Assembly: GCA_038231135.1 (NCBI GenBank)
Contig: JBBRLX010000001.1
Span: 160,001 to 224,000 of the forward strand
DNA length: 64,000 nucleotides
Source of the DNA: Candidatus Eiseniibacteriota bacterium
GTDB lineage: Bacteria > Eisenbacteria > RBG-16-71-46
Direction: 5' to 3'
Below the pieces are notes generated by a model, which saw only the letters and a program-made list of their open reading frames with translations, did not search any database and was not told the DNA's origin. The translations under genes and the position numbers were made by a program. Shown piece by piece: positions 1 to 9,027 of this stretch (its first letter is position 1; the number at the start of each line of letters is the position of its first letter).

Positions 1-476
1 CGCCCGCCGCCGCCGACGCCGCGCCCGCCGCGGAATTCCGCATGGACTTCGGTCGTGAGCTGACGTTGCCGGGCCCTGGCCCGGTGTCGAGCACTCCCGC
101 GGCCACGGCGGCACCGGAACGCGCGGCGCCGCCGGCGTTGCGGCGTCCCGAGGTCGCGACGGCGCCCAGCGCCGCCGCCCGCCCCGCGGTCGCTCCGCCG
201 CCGCCGGCCCACCCGCCTCAGAGTTTCGCGCCGACGGTGGTCGCTCAGGCGCCGCCGTTGTCGCCCGCCATGCTCCAGCCCGAGCCGTTCCTCACCGGGG
301 TGCGTCCGCAGTCGGCGCCCGCGGCGGCGCCCGCGCGGCCGGGCCTTCACACTGAGCACGTGGAGCTGGCGCACGACACGAGCGCCGATGTGACCGAGGC
401 CGTGATTCCGATCACCATCGCGGCCGGAGCCTCGCGCGAGATCGTGCTGCGGATCGTCATCACCCATTCCGAATAG
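1..476 (+). CDS. C-terminal part of a Pro/Ala-rich protein, probably 5'-truncated by the window edge
   Basis: Low-complexity Pro/Ala linker followed by a short beta-rich tail (EAVIPITIAAGASREIVLRIVIT), stop at 476; start not resolved. Confidence 0.55.
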   Translation, partial: PAAADAAPAAEFRMDFGRELTLPGPGPVSSTPAATAAPERAAPPALRRPEVATAPSAAARPAVAPPPPAHPPQSFAPTVVAQAPPLSPAMLQPEPFLTGVRPQSAPAAAPARPGLHTEHVELAHDTSADVTEAVIPITIAAGASREIVLRIVITHSE

Positions 477-582
477 TCAGCGAACGTCAGCGTCCAGTGG
501 GCCCTTAGGCCCCCCTGGCCCCCGGCGTTCGGAATGCCATGTCCGGACCCGGTTATTTTTGCCGGCCGCGATTCCTGGGCCA

Positions 583-611
583 TTGACAGGCGGGAGCGAC
601 CTTCCTAAATT
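583..611 (+). promoter_or_regulatory. sigma70-type promoter, near-leaderless transcript
   Basis: TTGACA(583-588)-17 nt-TAAATT(606-611); ATG at 621 only 9 nt downstream and no SD. Confidence 0.65.
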
Positions 612-620
612 GAATACACC

Positions 621-1091
621 ATGAAGACCTCGCGCGCAGTCTTGATCGGTTGGGCCGCGGTTGCCGTGTTCAGTGCCGGCGCGGCATTCGCAGAGCCGTT
701 CGGAAGCAATCCCGCCACAGACGGCGGCTGGTCTCCCCGGGTCCCCATCACCGGGCTTGCGCGTCCCATGGCCGGTCTCGACCTGTCGCGCCTGCACCTC
801 ACGACCTCGATCTCGGTCGGCTCGGGGTTCACCGGCGGTGCCGAGGGCCTGCAGACGACCAGCCTCAGCTATCAGTTCCGCGCACCGCTCGCCATGCAGG
901 TCAGCATCGGCAACGCGTTCGGCGCGTCGGCTCAGCGCGGCGCCAACAACTTCTTCCTGCAGGGCCTGGATCTGGCCTACCGGCCCACCGCGAACACCGC
1001 GTTCTCGATCCACTATCAGAACCTGCGGTCGCCGCTCCAGTACGGCTACAGCCCGTACGGCTACGGGCCGGAATACTTCGGCCAGCGCTGA
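621..1091 (+). CDS. Secreted hypothetical protein
   Basis: Signal peptide MKTSRAVLIGWAAVAVFSAGAAFA; beta-strand-rich body; Tyr/Gly-rich C-terminus. Confidence 0.75.
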   Translation: MKTSRAVLIGWAAVAVFSAGAAFAEPFGSNPATDGGWSPRVPITGLARPMAGLDLSRLHLTTSISVGSGFTGGAEGLQTTSLSYQFRAPLAMQVSIGNAFGASAQRGANNFFLQGLDLAYRPTANTAFSIHYQNLRSPLQYGYSPYGYGPEYFGQR

Positions 1092-1124
1092 ACCTTCGCC
1101 GGCCGCCGCTCTCCCCGTAACATC

Positions 1125-1910
1125 GTGACCCGGCTCGACCCCGCCTTCGCCGCGGCGCGCGGGCGCACCCGGCTCATTCCCTACCTCACCGCCGGCTATC
1201 CATCGCTCGAGGAGTCGCTGGAGCTGATGCGCGGCTTCACCCGCGCCGGAGCAATCGCGATCGAGGTGGGAATGCCGTTCTCCGACCCGATCGCCGACGG
1301 CGCCGAGATCCAGCGCGCTTCGGAGTGGGCGGTCCGTAACGGCGTCGGCGTTCCCGAGGTGCTGGACCTGGTGGCCGCGTTCCGCCGCGAGTCGGCGGTG
1401 CCGGTGGTGGTGATGACCTACGCCAACCCGATCGTGCACTTCGGCGCCGGGAGCTTCGCGGACGCCGCGGTCGCTGCCGGCGTCGACGGCGTGCTGATCT
1501 CGGACCTGCCGCCCGACGAGTCGCCTGACCTGTGGCGCGCCATGGATGCCGTGGCACTCGACACGGTGACGCTGGTTGCGCCCACCACACCCGCGGCCCG
1601 CCTGCCGGCGATCGTCGCCCGCTGCCGCGGCTTCGTCTACTGCCTCGCACGCATGGGCGTCACCGGCCGGTCCGCCGGCGAGTCGGCGGCGCTGCCGGAG
1701 CGCATCGCCGAGCTGCGCGCGCTCACGCGGCTGCCGATCGCGGTCGGCTTCGGCATCTCGACCCCCGCCGCGGCACGCGCGCTCAAGGGGCAGGTGGCCG
1801 CCGTGGTCGTGGGCGCGGCGTTCATGCGCGCAGTGGCGCAGGATCCCGCGCACGGCGTCGCCGATCGCGTGGCCGCCCTGGCCCTCGAGCTGGCGGCGGC
1901 GCTGGACTAG
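1125..1910 (+). CDS. trpA: Tryptophan synthase alpha subunit
   Basis: IPYLTAGYP, IEVGMPFSDPIADG, GFVYCLARMGVTG, AVGFGIS motifs. Confidence 0.95.
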   Translation: MTRLDPAFAAARGRTRLIPYLTAGYPSLEESLELMRGFTRAGAIAIEVGMPFSDPIADGAEIQRASEWAVRNGVGVPEVLDLVAAFRRESAVPVVVMTYANPIVHFGAGSFADAAVAAGVDGVLISDLPPDESPDLWRAMDAVALDTVTLVAPTTPAARLPAIVARCRGFVYCLARMGVTGRSAGESAALPERIAELRALTRLPIAVGFGISTPAAARALKGQVAAVVVGAAFMRAVAQDPAHGVADRVAALALELAAALD

Positions 1911-1923
1911 GCGGGCTCCCGAG

Positions 1924-1976
1924 GACCCTCCCGGTGAAATACTACGCGGCCGCGAAGCACCCTCACCGGAAGAGTC
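1924..1976 (-). other. Long G-U-rich RNA hairpin (3' structure or terminator-like) on the minus strand
   Basis: Minus strand GACTCTTCCGGTGAGGGTGCTTCGCG pairs with CGCGTAGTATTTCACCGGGAGGGTC using several G-U pairs that would be C-A mismatches on the plus strand. Confidence 0.6.
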
Positions 1977-2005
1977 ATACGTTCAGGAGATGGCGGGCGT
2001 CGTGA

Positions 2006-2062
2006 TCAGCGACGGATCCACCACAACAGATCCAACAACAGAACCAGCAGAGCGAATTCCAC
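2006..2062 (-). CDS. Putative 18-aa hydrophobic small peptide MEFALLVLLLDLLWWIRR
   Basis: GGGAGG SD 6 nt before GTG; TGA stop; hydrophobic core with basic C-terminus; below the ORF-track size cutoff. Confidence 0.5.
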   Translation of the reverse strand: MEFALLVLLLDLLWWIRR

Positions 2063-2168
2063 GGCTGACCTCCCGTTTCAGAGGTCACGCTTCCGTTGCG
2101 CGGTCAACCGCGATCCACATCCGCCCGTGGGTTGGCAGCGCGGGCGGCGGAGGCGGCGCTCTGTCGCC

Positions 2169-4646
2169 TCACCTGAACCCTTCGGCAGCCAGGCGTGGCC
2201 ACTTGAGTTCGTTCTTGGGTAGGGCCACCCCGGTTCGGACGGGATCCGTGAGCTGGCGCAGCACCACGACCGTGATGTCGTCGAGCTCGCGGTCGCTGAA
2301 CGCCCGTACTTCGGCCAGCAGCGCGGCCAGCACATCGGTCGCCCTGCGGCCCGCGTGGGCATCGAGCACCTGCCGCACGCCCTCGACGCCGAACAACTCG
2401 TCGCCCCGGCGCGCCTCGGTGAGGCCGTCGGTGTAGATCACCACCATATCGCCGGCCTCGAGCACCACGCTCTGGTCCGGATAGCCGGCGCCGAGGCTCA
2501 CCCCGAGCAGCACGCCGCCCGTGGTCAGCTCCTCGAAGCTGCCGTCCCTCCGGCGCAGCAGCGGGGGCGTCAGGCCGGCGTTCGCGAATTCGAGGCCGCC
2601 CCGGGCGACGTCGAACCGGGCGCACACCAGGCCCACGAACTTCTCCGGGCGGTCGAGGCCCACGAGTTCGCGATTCAGCGCCCCCAGCAGGGCACCCGGG
2701 GTCAGGCCGCGCCGCGCCTCGCTGCGGAACCGCGCCTGGACGCCGGCGAGCACGAGCGCCGCCGGCACGCCCTTGCCGGCCGCGTCGCCCACGGCCAGCG
2801 TGAACTCCCGGCCGGGTCCGGTGACGAAGTCGTAGTAGTCGCCGCCGACGCTCTCGCTCGACAGCGCGGCCGCCGCGCAATCGAGCGTGGGGTAGACCGG
2901 CGCCCGGCGCGGGAGCAGGTGCGCCTGGATCGCGCCCGCCTCCCGCAACTCCCGGTCGATGTGCACCCGGCCGTGGGCCGCGCGCCTCAGCTCGGCGTTC
3001 TCGAGGGTGACGCCGAGGTGGACTGCGAACCGTTCGAGCTCGAACAATTCGTGCCGGCCGAGCCACGAGCCGGCGAGCCGGCGGCCGAGCAGTGCGATCC
3101 CGCGCACGGGGTCGTGTCCGATCGGCAGCAGCCAGCGAACGCCGGCACGCTCGAGCGCCTCGCGACCGGCATCGACGTCGAGGTCCTCGATCGGGCGCAC
3201 GCCGGGGTGGTCCAGCGCCGCATGGGCGTGTGGGCCCAGCGGCGCCGACGCGATGCCGGCTGAGCCGGCGCGCACCACGACCCGGCCGTCGTCAGGGTCG
3301 AGCGCGACCAGCGCGCAGCCGTCGAGCCGCAGCGCGCGCTGCACCACGCGACAGGCGTCCTCGAGCACGAGATCGGTCGAGCGTTCGTGGACCTCGGGCT
3401 CGAGTGCGACCCACGCCGCGAGCGATTCCGGCTCCACGCCCGGGATGACGCGGCTGCCGAGCGATCGCATCCACGGCGTGAGCGGCCCGGTCACGCACGC
3501 GGCCAGCGTCACGAGCGCCAGGGCGCCGCCGGCGATGCCGGCGCCCAGGTCCGGCCACCAGGCCGCCGCGAGCCATTCGCCGCTCACGTACATTGCCGCG
3601 CCCGCCGCGGCCAGCAGCAGCGTCACCGCCCCGGCGCGCAGCGCCACCCGGAAGTCGAACACCGAATGGACGACCGCCGCCCACGCGAACGAGGCCGGGA
3701 CGAGCAGCGTGAGCAGCACGACGACCCGCTCGCCGGGCAGCGGCGCCGCGGGCGCGACGTTGCGCAGCAGTACGAACGTGGTGAGCGGCCCCGCGCCGAG
3801 CACGGTGCCGCCGAGCGCGACGCGCAGCCGCCGGCGGGTGTCGCCGGGCGCCGCGCGGACGTACTCGATGACGAACAGCACGAACGACGTGCCGATGCCG
3901 GCGGCGAACCACAGCGCGGCCGCGGTCTGGAGCGCGACATCGAGCGGCCCGATCACGAGTCCCGCCTGGCGGCCGAGCGGCACCGCCAGCGACACCGCGA
4001 ACAGCGTGGTCGCGACCACGTAGCCGAACCGCACCAGCGCCCGCAGTCCACCGTGCGGCGTCCGGTCGGGGAACAGCGCGAGGAAGTGCAGGAACAGCGC
4101 GGGGAGGTAGACGTTGACCGCGGCCAGCACGACGCCGTACGCGACGGTCGCCGCGCGGGACTCCCAGCGTGGCAATGGCGCCAGCCACACCGCAAATCCC
4201 ATGCACAACAGGAAGAACGCGCGCATCAGCGGGTCGCGGCGCTCGCTCCACACCCAGCCGCCGATCAGCACGAAGCCGGCGCCCACCAGCAGCAACAGCG
4301 CCATCATGCGCCGATCGCCGCCGGGCAGCGTGCCCGGGACGACCCACAGCGTGCGCCGCGTGCCGGCGCGATCGATCGTGACCGTAACCGGCCGGCCGGG
4401 CACGCAGTCATCGAGCAGGTGATCGGGGTCGCGTTCGGTCTCGGCGCCGGACACGGCCAGCAGGCGGTCGCCGGCCCGGGCGCCGGCGCGGGCGGCGGGG
4501 CTGCCGGGCAGCACGGTGACGACTTCGCCGTTGCGGGACAGGAACCCCGTATAGGCGCGGTGCGGCAGGCTCCAGGCGGACACCACGAGCAGCGCCGCGA
4601 TGGGAACGACGAGCCACGACAGCAGTGAGGAAGCGCTCCGATCCAT
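2169..4646 (-). CDS. Membrane PDZ-TM-GAF-SpoIIE (PP2C/RsbU-type) phosphatase
   Basis: [11 protein letters not shown] (PDZ), multiple TM helices, [38 protein letters not shown] before ATG 4646. Confidence 0.9.
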   Translation of the reverse strand: MDRSASSLLSWLVVPIAALLVVSAWSLPHRAYTGFLSRNGEVVTVLPGSPAARAGARAGDRLLAVSGAETERDPDHLLDDCVPGRPVTVTIDRAGTRRTLWVVPGTLPGGDRRMMALLLLVGAGFVLIGGWVWSERRDPLMRAFFLLCMGFAVWLAPLPRWESRAATVAYGVVLAAVNVYLPALFLHFLALFPDRTPHGGLRALVRFGYVVATTLFAVSLAVPLGRQAGLVIGPLDVALQTAAALWFAAGIGTSFVLFVIEYVRAAPGDTRRRLRVALGGTVLGAGPLTTFVLLRNVAPAAPLPGERVVVLLTLLVPASFAWAAVVHSVFDFRVALRAGAVTLLLAAAGAAMYVSGEWLAAAWWPDLGAGIAGGALALVTLAACVTGPLTPWMRSLGSRVIPGVEPESLAAWVALEPEVHERSTDLVLEDACRVVQRALRLDGCALVALDPDDGRVVVRAGSAGIASAPLGPHAHAALDHPGVRPIEDLDVDAGREALERAGVRWLLPIGHDPVRGIALLGRRLAGSWLGRHELFELERFAVHLGVTLENAELRRAAHGRVHIDRELREAGAIQAHLLPRRAPVYPTLDCAAAALSSESVGGDYYDFVTGPGREFTLAVGDAAGKGVPAALVLAGVQARFRSEARRGLTPGALLGALNRELVGLDRPEKFVGLVCARFDVARGGLEFANAGLTPPLLRRRDGSFEELTTGGVLLGVSLGAGYPDQSVVLEAGDMVVIYTDGLTEARRGDELFGVEGVRQVLDAHAGRRATDVLAALLAEVRAFSDRELDDITVVVLRQLTDPVRTGVALPKNELKWPRLAAEGFR

Positions 4647-4769
4647 GGTGCCCTCCCGATGCCTCGCATGGAGGCTGGCGTATGGCGGGGGAGGTGTCAA
4701 GGACCGGGCGGGCCGCACCCGGCGACGGTGTTGCTTTGATGCGCCGCTATATTCAGGCTATTCTCGCGT

Positions 4770-4797
4770 TAAGCCGTCCGGGGTGTCTGGCCGATAC
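4770..4797 (+). promoter_or_regulatory. sigma28 (FliA/SigD)-type promoter upstream of csrA-flgM
   Basis: TAAG(4770-4773)-16 nt-GCCGATAC(4790-4797) versus consensus TAAA-N15/16-GCCGATAW. Confidence 0.7.
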
Positions 4798-4848
4798 GCA
4801 TGTCGTCGGGGAAGTGGTTCCCGGCGTCGGAGCGGAGGAAGCAGCACA

Positions 4849-5073
4849 ATGCTGGTCCTAACACGGAAGTTAGGCGAGAACATTCGGATCGGTGATTCGG
4901 TGAAGATCACCGTTCTGGAGGTGCGGTCCGGCCAGGTCAAGCTGGGGATCGAAGCTCCGCCCGAGGTCAAAGTTCACCGAGAAGAGATCTATGCCCGAAT
5001 CCAGGAAGAGAACCGCCGCGCGCAAGGGAAGGGTGAAAATCCCGGACCTGCGCGTGATCCCGAATCCCGGTAA
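4849..5073 (+). CDS. csrA: Carbon storage regulator CsrA
   Basis: [16 protein letters not shown]...[26 protein letters not shown]. Confidence 0.96.
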   Translation: MLVLTRKLGENIRIGDSVKITVLEVRSGQVKLGIEAPPEVKVHREEIYARIQEENRRAQGKGENPGPARDPESR

Positions 5074-5206
5074 CACATCCCAGCCGACCATTCGGTGGGC
5101 CAAGGTGATGACCGCGCAGACACGCGTCGCCGAGGGCTACTACGATCGCGATGACGTGCGCAATCGGCTCCTGACCGAAGTGCTGACCGAGTTGATGAAG
5201 CACTGA
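5033..5206 (+). CDS. flgM: Minimal FlgM-like anti-sigma28 factor (57 aa)
   Basis: [18 protein letters not shown] resembles the FlgM C-terminal R..KV....I..G.Y motif; lies downstream of a sigma28 promoter in a fliA-containing cluster; GTG start inferred. Confidence 0.6.
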   Translation: MKIPDLRVIPNPGNTSQPTIRWAKVMTAQTRVAEGYYDRDDVRNRLLTEVLTELMKH

Positions 5207-5369
5207 GGACATTCCAGCACTGTTCCGCCCGAGCCCGTCCCGCAACCGGGGCGGGCTTTGTCGCGTCCGCCGCGGTCGATGCGGCGTCGCGCACACTGCA
5301 ACGCCGCGCCGGCACGGCTTGGCCATTCCGGAAGCGTTTGCGATACTGGGCGTCCCGTATGGAGGCACC

Positions 5370-6596
5370 ATGACGCTCGTGAGCGCGCCACCCGCCGGAA
5401 CGCGCGCCCGGCTGCCACTGAACGCGCTGCTGCGCGCGGTGCTGCAGGATTCGGACGCCGGCATCCTCGTGCTCGACGCCCGGGGCCGGGTGCGCGAGAT
5501 CAATCCCGCCGCCGAACGCCTGCTGTCGGTACGGGCCGCCGACGTGCGCCTGACCGCGGCGCGGACCCTGATCCACACGGTGGTCGCCGGCGACGATCCG
5601 GTGGACGATGCGTTCCGCGCCGCGAGCTTCGAACGCGACACCGTGCTCGTGAACGGCGCCGGCATCGAAGTGCCGGTGGCGGTGCGCGGGTTCCGCCTCG
5701 GCCGGCCGCCATGGGTGGTGCTCACGCTCCGCGATCTCACCCAGAGCCGGCGCATGCAGCAGGAGCTGCGGCGCAACGAGCGGCTGGCGACGCTGGGGCA
5801 GCTGTCGGCGGGCGTGGCGCACGAGATCCGCAATCCGCTGGCCGGCATCGGCACCAGCGCCCAGGTGCTGCTGCGGCGGTTCGAGCCCCGCGACGACCGC
5901 GCGCGATTCGTCCAGGTGATTCTCGACGAGGTGGCGCGGCTCGATCGCATCGTCACGAGCCTGCTGGAGTACGCGCGGCCGCGCACCCCGGAACTCGCGG
6001 CCGCGGATCTCGAGTCGTGCGTGGCCAAGGTGCGGGAGCTCACTGCCGTCGAGGTCGCCGCCGCGGGCATCACGGTGGAGGTCGACGCGACGCCGAGGGT
6101 GCCGGCGGTGTACCTCGACGAGGACCTCATCACCCAGGTGCTGCTCAACGTGACGCTGAACGCCATTCATGCGATGCCGAACGGGGGCACGCTGCGCTAC
6201 GAGGTGCGCAAGATCCGGCGCCGTGCGGCGCCGCGCAGCCCGGGGCGCCGCGCCTCGGATGCGCGCGGCCGCGTGGGCGAGGCCCCGCCGCGCCGCTCGC
6301 CGGACGGCGACTGGATCCACTACCGGCAGGTGCGCGTGATCGATACCGGTATCGGCATCTCGCGCCACGTGCTGCCCAAGCTGTTCGATCCGTTCTTCTC
6401 CACCAAGCCGCGTGGTACCGGGCTCGGACTGTCGATCTGTCAGACCATCATGCAGGAGCACGGCGGCGCCATCGAGGTGGCGAGTCGCGAAGGCCGCGGC
6501 ACGACGGTGCTCCTCAGCTTCCCCCTGGAGAAACGCCATGGCGAGAGACGCGAGTCCTCCGGCCACGCAGACCGCGTACACGCTGCTCGTCGTTGA
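5370..6596 (+). CDS. PAS-domain sensor histidine kinase (NtrB/AtoS/FleS-like)
   Basis: PAS (GILVLDARGRVREINPAAERLL), AHEIRNPL, NVTLNAIHAM, DTGIG, FDPFFSTK, GTGLGL; SD GGAGG. Confidence 0.93.
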   Translation: MTLVSAPPAGTRARLPLNALLRAVLQDSDAGILVLDARGRVREINPAAERLLSVRAADVRLTAARTLIHTVVAGDDPVDDAFRAASFERDTVLVNGAGIEVPVAVRGFRLGRPPWVVLTLRDLTQSRRMQQELRRNERLATLGQLSAGVAHEIRNPLAGIGTSAQVLLRRFEPRDDRARFVQVILDEVARLDRIVTSLLEYARPRTPELAAADLESCVAKVRELTAVEVAAAGITVEVDATPRVPAVYLDEDLITQVLLNVTLNAIHAMPNGGTLRYEVRKIRRRAAPRSPGRRASDARGRVGEAPPRRSPDGDWIHYRQVRVIDTGIGISRHVLPKLFDPFFSTKPRGTGLGLSICQTIMQEHGGAIEVASREGRGTTVLLSFPLEKRHGERRESSGHADRVHAARR

Positions 6597-7962
6597 CGAC
6601 GAACCCGCGCTGCGCTTCGCGATCTCCGAGTGGGCGCGGGACGACGGGTTCACCGCGCTCGAGGCCGCGAGCGGCGCCGAGGCGCTCGAGCGGGTGCGCG
6701 AGCAGCCGGTCGACGTCGTCGTGCTCGATCTACGGCTCGGCGCCGAGGATGGCCTCGAGGTGCTGCGGCGCCTGCGCGACGAGGATCCGGCCCTCGAAGT
6801 GATCATGCTCACCGGTCACGGCACGGTGGAGCACGCGGTGCGGGCCACGCAGCTCGGCGCCTACGACTTCATGCTCAAGCCTCCGAACCTCGAGCACCTG
6901 GGCGTGGTGCTGCATCGCGCGCTCGAGCGCGCGCGGTTCCAGCGCGAGCTCAAGCACCTGCGCGCCGGCGCCGAGTCCCGGATGATCGGCGAGAGCGGCG
7001 GCTTGAAGAAGGTCCTGCAGCTGCTCGACCGGGCCGCCCGGCATCCGACGACCACGGTGTTGATCCTCGGCGAGACCGGCTCGGGCAAGGAGCTGATGGC
7101 GCGGCATCTCCACGGCCACGGCCCCCGTCCCGACGGACCGTTCATCGAGCTCAACTGCAGCGCAATCCCGGAGCAACTGCTCGAGAGCGAGCTGTTCGGT
7201 CACGAGCGCGGCGCATTCACCGATGCCAAGCGGGCCAAGAAGGGGCTGTTCGAGCTCGCGGACAAGGGCACGCTGTTCCTCGACGAGATCGGGGAGATGC
7301 CGGCCCAGCTGCAGGCGAAGCTGTTGCGCGTGCTGGAGAGCCACACGTTCCGCCGCGTGGGCGGTGACGCGGACGTCACCGTCGACCTGCGGGTGGTCGC
7401 CGCGACGCATCGGGATCTGCAGCAGCAGATCGGCGCGGGGAAGTTCCGCGAAGACCTGTTCTACCGGCTGAGCGGCGTGCCGATCCAGATGCCGCCGCTG
7501 CGTGACCGGGAGGAGGACATCGGCGCGCTGGCGGAGAATTTCATCCAGCGGTTCTGCGGTGAGCTGGGGCGGGCTCCGGCGAAGCTGCATCCGGACGCGC
7601 TGGCACTGATGAAGGCGTACGCGTGGCCGGGGAACGTGCGCCAGTTGAAGAATGTGGTCGAGCGCGTGCTGCTGCTCGAGGCCGACGACGACATCCTGCC
7701 CGGCCATCTGCCGCCCGAGTTCCACGCCGGAGGCCGCGCGAGCGCCGCCGGGGCGATCCCGCAGCCGTTTCCCGCCGGAGTCGTGGTGCCGCTCGCCGAG
7801 GTCGAGATGATGGCGATCCGTCACGCGCTCAGCGTGTGCCGGGGCAACAAGACCAAGGCCGCCAGCCTGCTCGGCATCTCCCGCCAGACCCTGCGCACCA
7901 AGCTCAACGATCCCGTGCTCGACGACGCCACCGACGACGAGGCCGACGCCACCGAGAACTGA
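6538..7962 (+). CDS. sigma54-dependent response regulator (REC-AAA+-Fis HTH)
   Basis: VVDDE receiver, GETGSGKE, ESELFGHERGAFTDA, FLDEIGE, WPGNVR, GNKTKAASLLGISR. Confidence 0.95.
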   Translation: MARDASPPATQTAYTLLVVDDEPALRFAISEWARDDGFTALEAASGAEALERVREQPVDVVVLDLRLGAEDGLEVLRRLRDEDPALEVIMLTGHGTVEHAVRATQLGAYDFMLKPPNLEHLGVVLHRALERARFQRELKHLRAGAESRMIGESGGLKKVLQLLDRAARHPTTTVLILGETGSGKELMARHLHGHGPRPDGPFIELNCSAIPEQLLESELFGHERGAFTDAKRAKKGLFELADKGTLFLDEIGEMPAQLQAKLLRVLESHTFRRVGGDADVTVDLRVVAATHRDLQQQIGAGKFREDLFYRLSGVPIQMPPLRDREEDIGALAENFIQRFCGELGRAPAKLHPDALALMKAYAWPGNVRQLKNVVERVLLLEADDDILPGHLPPEFHAGGRASAAGAIPQPFPAGVVVPLAEVEMMAIRHALSVCRGNKTKAASLLGISRQTLRTKLNDPVLDDATDDEADATEN

Positions 7963-8002
7963 AGTTCTTTGTTAGGGCGGGGCCCGCCGCGGGCGACCAG
8001 AA

Positions 8003-8061
8003 TCCCTCCGCATCCGCCATCCCCCCGCAACGAGGTTGGGCGGGCATCCCGCATCCCGTCC
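8003..8061 (-). ncRNA. Candidate CsrB/Rsm-like GGA-repeat sRNA core (boundaries unknown)
   Basis: Seven GGA motifs in 59 nt on the minus strand of a 346-nt intergenic gap, several as CGGGAUG/GCGGAUG; csrA lies 3 kb away. Confidence 0.35.
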
Positions 8062-8253
8062 CGGTCATTCTGCATGGCCGCGAGTCCGACCGCGGCACCT
8101 CGCACGGTCGTCGACCGCTCCGGCATCGCCTCGAGCTCCCAACCTAACTGAAGTGTTCGTAATGCCATGCCCGTGCGCCGTTAGGCAGGCGCCGGCGTGC
8201 CCGGAGCGTGGCGGAACCGTCTGTGTGTGGCGTAGTTCGCGGCTTCGGCGTGG

Positions 8254-8270
8254 CTGGCACGACGACTGCA
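8254..8270 (+). promoter_or_regulatory. sigma54 -24/-12 promoter
   Basis: CTGGCACGACGACTGCA with exact GG-N10-GC spacing, directly downstream of a sigma54 activator gene and upstream of the fliA operon. Confidence 0.75.
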
Positions 8271-8308
8271 AACTGTTCATGAGCCACCCCCTAAAACGGA
8301 GCCCATGA

Positions 8309-8695
8309 ATGCCCCACATCCTGATCGTGGAAGACGAGCCCTCGACCTCCTGGGCGCTATCGGAGGGCCTGTCCGACGACGGATTCACCATCGACGCGTT
8401 CCAGACCGCCGAAGCGGCCTGGGAGTGGCTCCGTCGTGGCCACAGCGATCTGGTGATCACGGACCTCCGGCTGCCGGGAATGAGCGGGATCGACCTCGCC
8501 CGCAAGCTGCAGCGCGGCCCGCACGCACAGCCCGTGATCCTCGTCACCGCCTACACGACTCCCGAACCGTCGTCCGAACTGGAACGCGCCGGGATCGTCG
8601 AGTGTTTCTCGAAGCCGTTTCAAATCGACCAACTGCGTCAGTCCGTGCACCGGGCGCTGGATGCTCAGCCACCGCGCAAACGGGCCCGTGCGTGA
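8309..8695 (+). CDS. Single-domain response regulator (receiver only)
   Basis: ILIVEDE, ITDLRLPGMSG, VTAY, SKPF. Confidence 0.9.
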   Translation: MPHILIVEDEPSTSWALSEGLSDDGFTIDAFQTAEAAWEWLRRGHSDLVITDLRLPGMSGIDLARKLQRGPHAQPVILVTAYTTPEPSSELERAGIVECFSKPFQIDQLRQSVHRALDAQPPRKRARA

Positions 8696-8706
8696 GGTTC
8701 GCCGAC

Positions 8707-9027
8707 ATGACAACACCCCGCCGCCCCCGTCTGACGCTCATTGCGTCTCCGCAGTCCGAATCGACCAACCCCGCCACGCGGATGGCGGCCCTGCTGGGCC
8801 GCTGCACGGAGCCGCAGCGCACGATGCTGGCGCTACGGCTCGTCGAGCGCCTGTCGTCGGTCGAAGCGGCCGCGACGCTCGGCATCACGGTCGGACAGTT
8901 CGAGCGCTCGTATCAGGCGCTGATCGCCGATCTGCGCCGCGCGATGGACCGCACGAACCGCGGCCGCTGGCAGACCGCCGAACGCCGCGCGTCGCTCGCG
9001 ATTGCGCGCCTGCGGAAGGCGTCATGA
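8707..9027 (+). CDS. Stand-alone sigma70 region-4-like HTH protein (106 aa)
   Basis: LLGRCTEPQRTMLALRLVERLSSVEAAATLGIT parallels FliA region 4 (LDQLPEQERLVVALYYYEHMTLNEIGRALGIS); no region 2. Confidence 0.6.
   Translation: MTTPRRPRLTLIASPQSESTNPATRMAALLGRCTEPQRTMLALRLVERLSSVEAAATLGITVGQFERSYQALIADLRRAMDRTNRGRWQTAERRASLAIARLRKAS

Noticed and set aside
5310..5345. sigma54 promoter before the PAS kinase (CGGCACGGCTTGGC)
   Set aside because: GG-GC spacing is 9 nt, not the required 10
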